From Gemmatimonadales bacterium (lineage in GTDB: Bacteria; Gemmatimonadota; Gemmatimonadetes; Gemmatimonadales; GWC2-71-9), in NCBI GenBank assembly GCA_035501775.1, contig DATJVM010000006.1, forward strand, positions 111,948 to 175,947: a stretch of DNA of 64,000 bases. Reading direction: 5' to 3'. Made by a program: the position numbers and the translations under genes. The notes beneath the pieces were generated by a model that saw only the letters and a list, made by a program, of their open reading frames with translations, had not been told where the DNA came from and made no database searches. This document shows positions 55,186 through 63,381 of the stretch, in pieces; the stretch's first letter is position 1; each line of letters opens with the position of its first letter.

Positions 55186-55566
55186 CTACTGGACGTTCAC
55201 GGTGTCCACGACCGTTGGCGACGTGCCCGTGGCCGTGGAAACGAAGGTGATGATCGCCGTCCCGGGCGATGCACCGACGAACGAGAACAGCTGGGTAGGG
55301 CCTGCGGGGACGTAGGGGGGGACGTCCCTTACACCGACGTATCTCAGCGCTCCCGATGAAGCGTGCGGAGGCCCGGCGTATTCGCCCGGGCCAATCGTCT
55401 GGAGGAGCAATTGAAGTTCACCGCCGACACCAAGGTTGAACGCTCGGCCCGGGCTCGCGGCTAGGCCGGTAGGAACATCCTCGGAGCAGGCGAGCCCGAG
55501 GAGAATGCTCAAGGTGAGGCTCGAGAGGCGAATCGAGCTGCTGGAGTTGCCGCACAAACGAAGCAT
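55186..55566 (-). CDS. lipoprotein, hypothetical
   Basis: ATG at 55566. Lipobox ILLGLAC. A beta-rich ~100-aa domain. No family confidently recognised. Confidence 0.6.
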   Translation of the reverse strand: MLRLCGNSSSSIRLSSLTLSILLGLACSEDVPTGLAASPGRAFNLGVGGELQLLLQTIGPGEYAGPPHASSGALRYVGVRDVPPYVPAGPTQLFSFVGASPGTAIITFVSTATGTSPTVVDTVNVQ

Positions 55567-55583
55567 GGCTCCTCCCGGCCTTT

Positions 55584-56048
55584 CTACGAAGCGTGGCACC
55601 TGCCGCCGACAGCGTGCCCGTGCACTTCCGCCACCCAGGTCATGGCGGCTGCCAGGTCCATGGACAGGAAGGCCGCCGCGGCGTGGACGGAATCTACTAC
55701 GCGGACCGGCACCGCCGGCCTCTGCAGCCCCGTGGCGATCTGGAAGATGCGGGCCAGGCCAACTACGTGTGGGGTAGTCGCCAGTATGGCGGTGGGGAGG
55801 GCGCCGAAGGTGGAGACGTAGGCGGGGGCCAAGGCACGAAAGTGCTGTGCCTCCGCTTGCGCGGAGTTGGTTGTCTCCTGCAGGCAGGTGAGGTCAATGA
55901 GATGTGCCGTCGCCTCCGGCCGGGCGGGGTCCGCGGCGCGTGCGGCTCGAATCTGATCAGAGGCGGACGGGTCGGTGCGTCCCCAATACGTGGTCACCAG
56001 GAGGCAGCCGCCTCTTGAGTCTTTGAGGTAGGAGTATTGGGCGGGCAT
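55584..56048 (-). CDS. hypothetical protein
   Basis: ATG at 56048 (MPAQYSYLKDSRGG...). 154 aa. No family recognised. Confidence 0.5.
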   Translation of the reverse strand: MPAQYSYLKDSRGGCLLVTTYWGRTDPSASDQIRAARAADPARPEATAHLIDLTCLQETTNSAQAEAQHFRALAPAYVSTFGALPTAILATTPHVVGLARIFQIATGLQRPAVPVRVVDSVHAAAAFLSMDLAAAMTWVAEVHGHAVGGRCHAS

Positions 56049-56209
56049 CGTACTCGCGCCAGGTGGCGACAACTCCGTTCGAAGCATCGGGTGGGCCAAC
56101 CACCAGGATAAGGTGAGGCTCGAGCAGCGGCCGCGCAAGCAACCAAGGGCCCGGCGGGATGTATCGCTCCATTGTCAGGGGGCCTCGGGCTTCCGCGTGC
56201 ACCGTGCCA

Positions 56210-56638
56210 TCACTCCTTCACTAGCCGTCGATTGTAGGATCGGACGGCGAGGACCGACCAGACCAGAGAGATCACCATGAAAGGGAACAACGTCGCATGG
56301 CTGTTCCACACGAGGATGAGCACAACGGCCGCCGCCCAGAACATCGAGAGCAGGCTCTGCGGCGTACCGAGCGTGGCATACCAGGTACCGAATGGGCCGA
56401 AGCAAAGAGTGAGGATCACGGCCAGCGCCGTGCTCTTGGGTCGCGGTGGTCCCCCGGCGACGGTTGGGTGGGGCCCGCCGGACTGGCCGGAAGGTGATGT
56501 CGCATGGAACGAGGTCGGCGCCGGGCTCGGGGCACTCGGGATGTACGGCGGGGTCGAGGGCGTTGGATTGGGCGTCACGCTGTGCGCGGGGACCTGCGGC
56601 CCGTGTGGCCCCCAGGGCGACGTGTTCGGGTAGGTCAT
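56210..56638 (-). CDS. Pro-rich N-terminus / two-TM membrane protein
   Basis: ~65 aa of Pro/Ser/Thr-rich low-complexity sequence, then TM helices (ALAVILTLCFGPFG..., AAAVVLILVW...). Confidence 0.6.
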   Translation of the reverse strand: MTYPNTSPWGPHGPQVPAHSVTPNPTPSTPPYIPSAPSPAPTSFHATSPSGQSGGPHPTVAGGPPRPKSTALAVILTLCFGPFGTWYATLGTPQSLLSMFWAAAVVLILVWNSHATLFPFMVISLVWSVLAVRSYNRRLVKE

Positions 56639-56842
56639 GTCCTGCTCCCTGTCGAGGTTAGGAAGGACTGGCTCTCAACCACACATTGCGCAGGATCGGC
56701 GCCGAAGCTGTCACAGCGAGCACGGGGCCGGCCCGACAAAGTCGCCACCACCGGGATTCCCGCCTCTATTAAGGAAAGAGCCGCGCCTGGCGGCGAGGCG
56801 AGTCGCCGGGTGATGGCCATGCCCTCAATGGACTGGTGCGCC

Positions 56843-57664
56843 TCAGGTTGCTCGAGTCGCCAGGACGATGTGCGCCAGTCGCCCCGGCCTGAGGCGGTCC
56901 CCACGCCCCTTGAAGTATCGCCCGACAATCGCCCCATGGTCGTCATCTCGTACCGTGGTGAAGCCGAGGCGCTCGAGTCCCCGTGCGACCTCGCCGGGTG
57001 ACAGCACGGTGCGTAGCGGTTCGCCTACCCTGGCCAGTCGCCTCCGGAAGGACCAGCCCACGAGATGCGCGACGAGATTCCAGGGACGTGGCGGAGCGCC
57101 ATAGTCGAACACGATGCCGCCTGCCGCCCCGGCGAGCTCGGAAACCAACCCGAGCGTCTTCCACACCGTCGCCTTTTCGAGATACGGCACAACCCCCAGC
57201 CAGGAAAAGAAGGAAGGGGCGTCAGCGCGAAGACCGGCGGCCATGAGCACGTCCGCCAGCGCGTCGCGTTCGAAGTCGACGGGAACAAACGTGACATTGG
57301 CCGGCTCGGCGAAGCCGGAGGCCTGAAGAACCCGTCGCTTCCAGTTCTGAGTACTGGGGTGGTCCACCTCGAAGACATGCAGGTCGGGATGCCGGTTGCG
57401 CCACGAAAAGGTGTCGAGGCCGGCGCCGAGAATGACGTACTGGCGAACTCCCCGCGCGACGGCCTCGGTAAGCGCGTCCTCCGCGACCCGGCTTCTCGCA
57501 ACGAGATGGGCGCGAAGGCGGGCACCGAACAGGGGCCTCTCGAATTGCCGCGGGTCGGCCTCTAGCGTGGCCCGCACCTTGGGAGGTAGCACCTGAACGG
57601 CGAGAGGATCGATGAACACAGGCGGCTGATCGATGATCTGATGGGCGGCCCGGTGAATGGCCAC
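56843..57664 (-). CDS. class I SAM-dependent methyltransferase (LCM / TIGR00027-like)
   Basis: RQYVILGAGLDTFSWR...FEVDHPSTQNWKR...FFSWLGVVPYL. The true N-terminus probably lies upstream of GTG 57664 (conserved-looking SRTAVRVAIHRAAH), and only a CTG is available there. Confidence 0.88.
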   Translation of the reverse strand: MAIHRAAHQIIDQPPVFIDPLAVQVLPPKVRATLEADPRQFERPLFGARLRAHLVARSRVAEDALTEAVARGVRQYVILGAGLDTFSWRNRHPDLHVFEVDHPSTQNWKRRVLQASGFAEPANVTFVPVDFERDALADVLMAAGLRADAPSFFSWLGVVPYLEKATVWKTLGLVSELAGAAGGIVFDYGAPPRPWNLVAHLVGWSFRRRLARVGEPLRTVLSPGEVARGLERLGFTTVRDDDHGAIVGRYFKGRGDRLRPGRLAHIVLATRAT

Positions 57665-57712
57665 GCGAACTGCGGTGCGGCTTGGCTGGTCGGGTTGCAG
57701 GGGAGGGCTCCG

Positions 57713-57987
57713 CTACGCGCGATGGGGGTCCGCAACCCACTTTCGGCTCAAGACCATCCCCGTGATCAGGCCGAGCGCCGCGCCGCCACACGTGACGAGG
57801 GCGAGGTAGATCCCGGCCCCGGCGAGGCCCAGGATCGCGTGCCTTGGGGGAGGGCGTCGGCCCTCGCGGCCAGTGTGCCCGCCAGGCCCCAGCCCAGGGT
57901 GCTGGCCGCAATCCACCATAAGGAAGCGATGCGCTGGCGGAGCAGGATGGCCTGCCAGACACCAGTGACGAGGCCTCCCACGGTCAC
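57713..57987 (-). pseudogene. membrane repeat protein with one apparent frameshift
   Basis: The GTG 57987 frame gives MTVGGLVTGVWQAILLRQRIASLWWIAASTLGWGLAGTLAA. The hydrophobic continuation ILGLAGAGIYLALVTCGGAALGLITGMVLSRKW lies in another frame. The switch is near the C5 run at about 57850. Confidence 0.45.
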
Positions 57988-58361
57988 GCAGACCAGGAGT
58001 GAGTAGCCCAGTTAGCCCCAAAGGCCCTGCCGAGGTCCCAGATCAGGAATGGGAGCGCAAAGCCCAGTGCGCAGGTGCAGATCCGCGGGAGGGCGGGGAA
58101 CCCGAGGCGCCGGAGCACCCTCGCCTGCAGCAGCCCGATGCCGAGCCCCATGCCAGCGCCCACCAGCGCTTGAGCCCCGCCCACCCCAAGGGCCTCGCCG
58201 ATCAAGGCGAGAAGAGCGACGCACGGTACACTCGGGGCCCACCCGAGCCACGTCGCGCGGATCCAGACGGCGGACGACGGCAGTTCACCAGTCATGAGAA
58301 CGGCGGGCTGTCCCGGGCTGGTCAGGGCAATCACCGCTAGGGATAGAGGCAGCGAGGCCAA
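57984..58361 (-). CDS. membrane protein, paralogous module of the downstream ORF
   Basis: WIRATWLGW...GLGIGLLQARVLRRLG mirrors WWIAASTLGW...GLVTGVWQAILLRQRI in the downstream ORF. Start is TTG 58361 or ATG 58295. Confidence 0.55.
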   Translation of the reverse strand: MASLPLSLAVIALTSPGQPAVLMTGELPSSAVWIRATWLGWAPSVPCVALLALIGEALGVGGAQALVGAGMGLGIGLLQARVLRRLGFPALPRICTCALGFALPFLIWDLGRAFGANWATHSWSA

Positions 58362-58741
58362 TTCGGGGCCTGGCCACGGACGAGGTGAAGCGGACCCAGG
58401 GTCAGGGGAATCGACGGCACCGTCAGGCTCAGGGTGAGAGAACTCCCCTGAGACTCACCAGCCAATTGGCTGGTGTACTCCACCATCCCCGGATAGGCGC
58501 CGGTCAACTGGGTGTACGTTCCCGGGAGGGTGAAGCGGTCACCGGCAAGCGGCCGACTCGCGTGGACATAAGACCCGTAACAGCCGATCGAGGTGAGCAG
58601 CACCAGGTCGGTGCTTGAGTCGGTGACGGTGAGGCTCGCGGAGTCCGAGAGCCAGGTACCGCTCCGAGGCTCGGGTGGCAGGGCATCGGAGCAGGCAGTG
58701 GCGAGGAGGGCGAGGCAGAGAATACTGATCGCGCGTGTCAT
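58337..58741 (-). CDS. lipoprotein, hypothetical
   Basis: ATG at 58741. Lipobox LALLATAC. No family recognised. Confidence 0.6.
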   Translation of the reverse strand: MTRAISILCLALLATACSDALPPEPRSGTWLSDSASLTVTDSSTDLVLLTSIGCYGSYVHASRPLAGDRFTLPGTYTQLTGAYPGMVEYTSQLAGESQGSSLTLSLTVPSIPLTLGPLHLVRGQAPNWPRCLYP

Positions 58742-58904
58742 GGCTCCCGCTCCAGGTGGCTCTCCGCGGCAACCAGTGCGTCTTCCCGCGGCCGTTCCCG
58801 AGAGCATACTCACCGGTGCCCCGAGCGGCAAGAAGGCGCCTCCACAGCCACGCAACGCCGCCGTGTCCCATGGGGAACGGCGACCACGCCGGGAGCCACG
58901 GTCT

Positions 58905-59624
58905 CTAGTTAGGTGCCGCCTCGGGTTGAGGAGCCAGTGCCGCGAGCTGCGCCCGATGCCGGAGGATCGCCAGACGCACCTGCGCCGCGGTGCGCGACTG
59001 GCCCCGCGCCTCGCTATGCGTCCAGTTAGGCAGCAGGCCCAGCGGCACGGCGAGCCATCCCATGACGCTCGGAGTGCTGATCGAGCTGGTCAGCAGGACC
59101 GAGTCCCTGCGACCGGCCAGCGGATGGGTTGGCCACAGGACCGCGCCTTCGCAGTCGGTGTCGGTGAAGATCGTGGGGATCAGGCCCAGCGATATAATCG
59201 TGAACATCGGCACCGGGTTGGCGTTGCAGTAGAGCCCGGCGGAATACGCCACGAAGTCCACCCCGCTCGTATCACTGGTGGTGCCGAGGCGGACCGACGC
59301 GAAGGCCTTTGAGCTGTTGAGCCAGCCGTACGTGGCTTCGGCGTAGGGAGCCGGCGCCTGGCCACGATGCGTCCCCGCTACCCACGGGACGACCAACACG
59401 GAGTAGGGTAGGGCCGGCGTTTCCAGCAGATGTTCCTCCTGAGCGTCCGGCAGCGGCGGCAGGCGCTGGGCGAAGCAGCCTCCGCTCAGCCCATACCCAA
59501 CGAAGACAGCTGTTCCCAACAGCAGCTTCCAATGGCGCCGGATCCATGATCTCGGAGCTGTGGCCACGGTTACCTCCGGTGCGGCGCGCGAGGCTGACTG
59601 CTCAAGAGCCTCTGACGCCGCCAT
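58905..59624 (-). CDS. lipoprotein-like hypothetical protein
   Basis: TM/lipobox region LLLGTAVFVGYGLSGGC. 239 aa. No family recognised. Confidence 0.6.
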   Translation of the reverse strand: MAASEALEQSASRAAPEVTVATAPRSWIRRHWKLLLGTAVFVGYGLSGGCFAQRLPPLPDAQEEHLLETPALPYSVLVVPWVAGTHRGQAPAPYAEATYGWLNSSKAFASVRLGTTSDTSGVDFVAYSAGLYCNANPVPMFTIISLGLIPTIFTDTDCEGAVLWPTHPLAGRRDSVLLTSSISTPSVMGWLAVPLGLLPNWTHSEARGQSRTAAQVRLAILRHRAQLAALAPQPEAAPN

Positions 59625-59636
59625 CGATGGTGTTCC

Positions 59637-59861
59637 TCAGCGGGTGGTCTTGGGCTTCCACTGGAAAACCTCCCCCAGCGGGACCTTGAAGACATGCGCG
59701 ATCCGAAACGCGGCCTCCAGAGATGGCGCATACTTGCCCGATTCGATCGCGGCAATGGTCTGACGCGTGACGCCGATGCGCTCGCCCAGCTCGGCCTGCG
59801 ACATCTCGCCGTTGTGAAAGCGAAGCGCGCGGATCCGATTGGAGAGCGACCCTTCTATCAT
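59637..59861 (-). CDS. XRE-family helix-turn-helix transcriptional regulator
   Basis: NRIRALRFHNGEMSQAELGERIGVTRQTIAAIESGKYAPSLEAAFRIAHVF. ATGA overlap with the upstream gene. Confidence 0.92.
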   Translation of the reverse strand: MIEGSLSNRIRALRFHNGEMSQAELGERIGVTRQTIAAIESGKYAPSLEAAFRIAHVFKVPLGEVFQWKPKTTR

Positions 59862-60280
59862 GACTGCCCGCGGTAGCTCGAGACGATCACACCATGATGG
59901 ACGACCTCGGCGGCAATGATTGCGAGCAGCGCGGCGTTGATGATGGCCCAGCCGGAGGAATTGAACGGCATGACGCAGCCCACTACGATCATGCCGACCA
60001 TGAGCACAGAGTACGCGAACCGGAGCGAGCGGTTCAGGATCGCCCGGTCCCGTTCATCCGGCGGGATGCGCGCATCCTCCGGCGAGCTGCGACGGAGATA
60101 CAGATGACCAAGACCCAGGATCAGTGCCTGCAGGATCGCGGCTGCGGCAAACAGGCCAAGCTGCCGCAGGCCTGGGAGCGCGCCCGGGCGAGCCTCCACC
60201 GCCATGATGATGAAGTACGGGCCAAAGGTGACCGCCATCGCAATCAGCGATAACCAGGCCGTTTTCTCCCGGTACGGCAC
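59858..60280 (-). CDS. four-TM membrane protein (DUF2178-like), partner of the XRE regulator
   Basis: GTG 60280 is preceded by GGAGG and is preferred. The ORF-track TTG at 60337 is part of a TTGACA promoter box. DERDRAILNRSLRFAY loop. Confidence 0.75.
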   Translation of the reverse strand: MPYREKTAWLSLIAMAVTFGPYFIIMAVEARPGALPGLRQLGLFAAAAILQALILGLGHLYLRRSSPEDARIPPDERDRAILNRSLRFAYSVLMVGMIVVGCVMPFNSSGWAIINAALLAIIAAEVVHHGVIVSSYRGQS

Positions 60281-60308
60281 TCCCCGCCTCCGCGTGTCGT
60301 GTGGGCTT

Positions 60309-60374
60309 GATGTAAACCATACCGTACCTAATGTCAATAATTATTGGCATAATGTAAATAATAGTGTACATTAT
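60309..60374 (-). promoter_or_regulatory. AT-rich promoter/operator with phased direct repeats
   Basis: ATGTAAAC at 60310, ATGTCAAT at 60331 and ATGTAAAT at 60352, spaced 21 bp apart. 13-mers TAATGTCAATAAT (60329-60341) and TAATGTAAATAAT (60350-60362). Palindrome TGTACA at 60365-60370. Minus-strand TTGACA at 60337-60332. Confidence 0.55.
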
Positions 60375-60435
60375 CCGCGGCCACCGGGCAGCACGCCACT
60401 CGGCCCAGCCCGATGCGGCAGCTGAACGATGCAGC

Positions 60436-61056
60436 TCAGGTCACGATCCCTGCCGCGGACGTGGCGACCTGCAGGCAGATCCCGGTGTTCAGCGCCCCGT
60501 GCAGCAGCCATGGGCCGAGGATCGAATTGGAACGCAACCGAAGCCAGCCCGCGACCCAGCCTCCGAGAAACACCAGGGGAAGCAACCACACCAGAGCCGG
60601 CGCGACCGCCAGGATGACCAGGTGCGGGAGCAGAAAACATAGCGCTTGAACCAGGAGAGCCCAAGTTTCGGGAAGCCGCCGGGCCAGGGCGCCCGCGATC
60701 AGGCCGCGAAACAGCACCTCCTCGGCGAAGCCGGTCTTGAAGAACCCATAGAGCACGGCCAAGGCGACACTCATGGGTGTAAGCCCCAGCCCAATGAACT
60801 CGCGCTGCGGGGAAGTGGGGCCGGCAAAGAGATCGGGCGATGGGGCCCACAGGAGGAGGCCCCCAATGCCCACGGCCGCAAGGAGGGCGGCATGTAGCAG
60901 AAAACGTGGCGCTCCAACCTGAAGGCCGGCTCGCGTCAGGCTTTCCCCTACCGACTGGGCGTGGCGCCAGCGCTGGACCAGAGCATAGATCGCGAATGGA
61001 ATGCCGGCGAGGACGGTGATGTTCAGGATGGCGGAGACGACCGCGGACAGAAGCAT
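60436..61056 (-). CDS. CPBP-family intramembrane glutamic endopeptidase (CAAX protease/Abi-like)
   Basis: AEEVLFRGLI, FLLPH and LLHGALN motifs in a multi-TM protein. ATG at 61056. Confidence 0.9.
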   Translation of the reverse strand: MLLSAVVSAILNITVLAGIPFAIYALVQRWRHAQSVGESLTRAGLQVGAPRFLLHAALLAAVGIGGLLLWAPSPDLFAGPTSPQREFIGLGLTPMSVALAVLYGFFKTGFAEEVLFRGLIAGALARRLPETWALLVQALCFLLPHLVILAVAPALVWLLPLVFLGGWVAGWLRLRSNSILGPWLLHGALNTGICLQVATSAAGIVT

Positions 61057-61243
61057 TGGGCCTCGAGGGTGAAAGGTGGCTACAAGGCCACGATCGAGGT
61101 GCGTCATAGGGGCACGTGCGCTCGACAAGCAGTCCATGAGCATGCAGAGTGATGTGTTAGGTGTCCAGCCATGTTCGCGCGCGCCCGTCGCTGGGCCCTT
61201 GGCGATGTGCGATCTGCGGCAGACGGGCGTGAGCGCCCGAAGA

Positions 61244-61414
61244 TCAGCCGGCGACTCGCCGACGCTTGCTGCTTCGAGGGTGCAGGAAGGGTTTGACGCT
61301 GGCCGGGACGGGTTGGCAGGCGCAATGCCGCTGATGGGCACGGTGCCAGGCGACCCGTTGGGCAAGGCTCGGGTTGCGCGGCATGGGGTGGCGGCGATGC
61401 CATTCGCTGTTCAT
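61244..61414 (-). CDS. small His/Cys-rich protein
   Basis: ATG at 61414: MNSEWHRRHPMPRNPSLAQRVAWHRAHQRHCACQPVPASV. Resembles a recurrent small-protein family by recollection. Confidence 0.55.
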   Translation of the reverse strand: MNSEWHRRHPMPRNPSLAQRVAWHRAHQRHCACQPVPASVKPFLHPRSSKRRRVAG

Positions 61415-61507
61415 GCGGCACCGGTTGAATGGCTGGGGAGTGGGTGCCGTCCACGCCCTCACTGCGGCGCGGACCGGGGTGCTGTCACGAGGCCAGGGAG
61501 CCGGACC

Positions 61508-61804
61508 TCAGGTCACGCCGGCTTTCCGACGCTGCGCCGCGCGCAGCAGCCCCCACACCAACCCGACGCAGAAACCAGCCGGCCCCGTGATGAAGATGCC
61601 GAGCAGCGGGCCCTGATTGGCATCGGGGGTCACCAGTATCGGTCCGATGAATCCGATCAGAAAGGCGATGGCCCCGACAAACAGCGCGAAGCCGAGCGGC
61701 AGCTCACGGCGCCACCACCGATTGGGGATCGGCCCGTACCGAACGATGGTCCAGAGCAGGGCCAGCGGCAGGAACGATGCCGCGAGGGAGAAGAGAAAGC
61801 CCAT
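61508..61804 (-). CDS. three-TM membrane protein, hypothetical
   Basis: ATG at 61804 (MGFLFSLAASFLPLALLWTIV...). 98 aa. Confidence 0.6.
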   Translation of the reverse strand: MGFLFSLAASFLPLALLWTIVRYGPIPNRWWRRELPLGFALFVGAIAFLIGFIGPILVTPDANQGPLLGIFITGPAGFCVGLVWGLLRAAQRRKAGVT

Positions 61805-61901
61805 GGGCGTTTCCTGATCGGAGTGGGCCTGACACGCACGGTTAGACAGCGGACTGCCTGGTGCCGAACAAACTAGGGCAGTCGCGCGGAGTGTGCCATC
61901 A

Positions 61902-62438
61902 TCATTCTCGGCCAGTGCCACCACGCCGCCGCCGATCGACCGCCACATAGGTGACGGTGTCCCAAGCGTTGTGAATACCGATAAAGATCAGAATCAAGCT
62001 GACGGCCGCGAGAACAGCGAGGGCGTAAGTCGAGCTTGCTGACAGAACGAGGCCGCCGACCAGCAGGAGGGCATAGGCCAGGAGCGGGAGGAAGGCGTAC
62101 CAGACCCAGTCCTCGAGGATCGGCTCATAGCCTCGCTGCTGCCTGGCCCGATACATCACCCCGAAAGTGTAGGCAACCCCCGCCACGCCGCAGAGAGTGA
62201 CGGCAATACCAGCGGGGAGAAGCGTCGGCCATGGAGCGCTGAGCAGAGCCGATAGGAGGAGCACGGCGCAGAAATGCACGATGGTTGGGGTGCCGAAAGC
62301 CGAGATCTCCGCGAACGTCGCCTGGGTGTCGGAGTCCGCGATGAGGGCAATGACCACGAATTGCAGCCCGGTCAGGGCGCCGGCCGAGGAGCCGACGATG
62401 ATATAGAAGTTCTCCCACGCAGCCAGTGGAGATCGCAT
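61902..62438 (-). CDS. five-TM membrane protein, hypothetical
   Basis: ATG at 62438 (MRSPLAAWENFYIIVGSSAGALTGLQFVVIALI...). Confidence 0.6.
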   Translation of the reverse strand: MRSPLAAWENFYIIVGSSAGALTGLQFVVIALIADSDTQATFAEISAFGTPTIVHFCAVLLLSALLSAPWPTLLPAGIAVTLCGVAGVAYTFGVMYRARQQRGYEPILEDWVWYAFLPLLAYALLLVGGLVLSASSTYALAVLAAVSLILIFIGIHNAWDTVTYVAVDRRRRGGTGRE

Positions 62439-62637
62439 CAGGTCCTGCACAGCACACCTCCGCAGGGGAAAGGTGGCAGGGGACGGAGTAGCGTTGCCTG
62501 GGCCGGCCGTCCGCTGTCCCATCGCCCGGCTGGTGAACAATCCGGGGAGGGGCGCACCCTACGCCTTCTTCGGACGGCTTGAACGGCACCAGAGTCGACC
62601 GCGCCGCGACTCCTGGGCTTCGCGCGGGCCCCAGAAG

Positions 62638-63303
62638 CTAGAGTGGGGCCGTGGGGACAGCGGCCGCCGCCTGGGCCGGCTCCCGGAGAAGGCGCGCCGC
62701 CACCAGCACCATCCAGAGGGCTTGGAGCGCCGTCGCGAAGATGATACCGCGGACGTCCAGGACCAGTCGTCCCCACAGCACCCCGACGCACAGGATCGCG
62801 CCGGCTACCGCGCCCGCCAAGAGTGTTGTTGCCGGAAACCGGCGGGAGCGGCGCTCCTCGACGGACCACATGATGATGGCGACGCCCGCAGCTACGATCG
62901 CGAGCTTGGCGAAGGCCTGATTGATGTAATGCGAATAGGCGAGCAGGGCAAAGCTCTGGCTGGCCACGGGCGACGTGGGATCACGCGTGGCAGCGACGAG
63001 ATCGGATGTGACGAACCCACTCATGAGCGCCGCGGTCGCCATCGAGACGACACTGAGCGCATAGAGGATGAAGGCCCCGGTGGCGAGGTCCGACCACCCG
63101 AGGTAGGCGCTCAGCCCGAGGAGCCCGAAGAGGATCACCGGCTGCGATGCCAGGGCGACGCCGTGAACGAAGTGATTGATCGCCGTCATGTGGTTACTGG
63201 CATCCGCCGTCAGATCGTGCGCGGTAGGGTGCATGCCGAGTATGACGAGCGGGAGCAGGATACCGAGGATCAGAGCCTGGCCGGCTCGCTTTGGCGCTGG
63301 CAT
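62638..63303 (-). CDS. six-TM membrane protein, hypothetical
   Basis: ATG at 63303. Hydrophobic throughout. His-containing first loop HPTAHDLTADASNHMTAINHFVH. Confidence 0.6.
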   Translation of the reverse strand: MPAPKRAGQALILGILLPLVILGMHPTAHDLTADASNHMTAINHFVHGVALASQPVILFGLLGLSAYLGWSDLATGAFILYALSVVSMATAALMSGFVTSDLVAATRDPTSPVASQSFALLAYSHYINQAFAKLAIVAAGVAIIMWSVEERRSRRFPATTLLAGAVAGAILCVGVLWGRLVLDVRGIIFATALQALWMVLVAARLLREPAQAAAAVPTAPL

Positions 63304-63381
63304 TGGCCGTCGTTGTGAAGCCGCCCGAAGACGGCGTGGTCAGATGGCCGCGCACGGGTTGCGCTGGCCGGGGCAATCCCT

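Noticed and set aside
60332-60337. The TTG start codon proposed by the ORF track for the 59858-60337 ORF.
   Set aside because: The TTG is the first half of a perfect TTGACA box inside the AT-rich operator. A GTG at 60280 with a GGAGG Shine-Dalgarno sequence gives a protein that starts just before the first TM helix.
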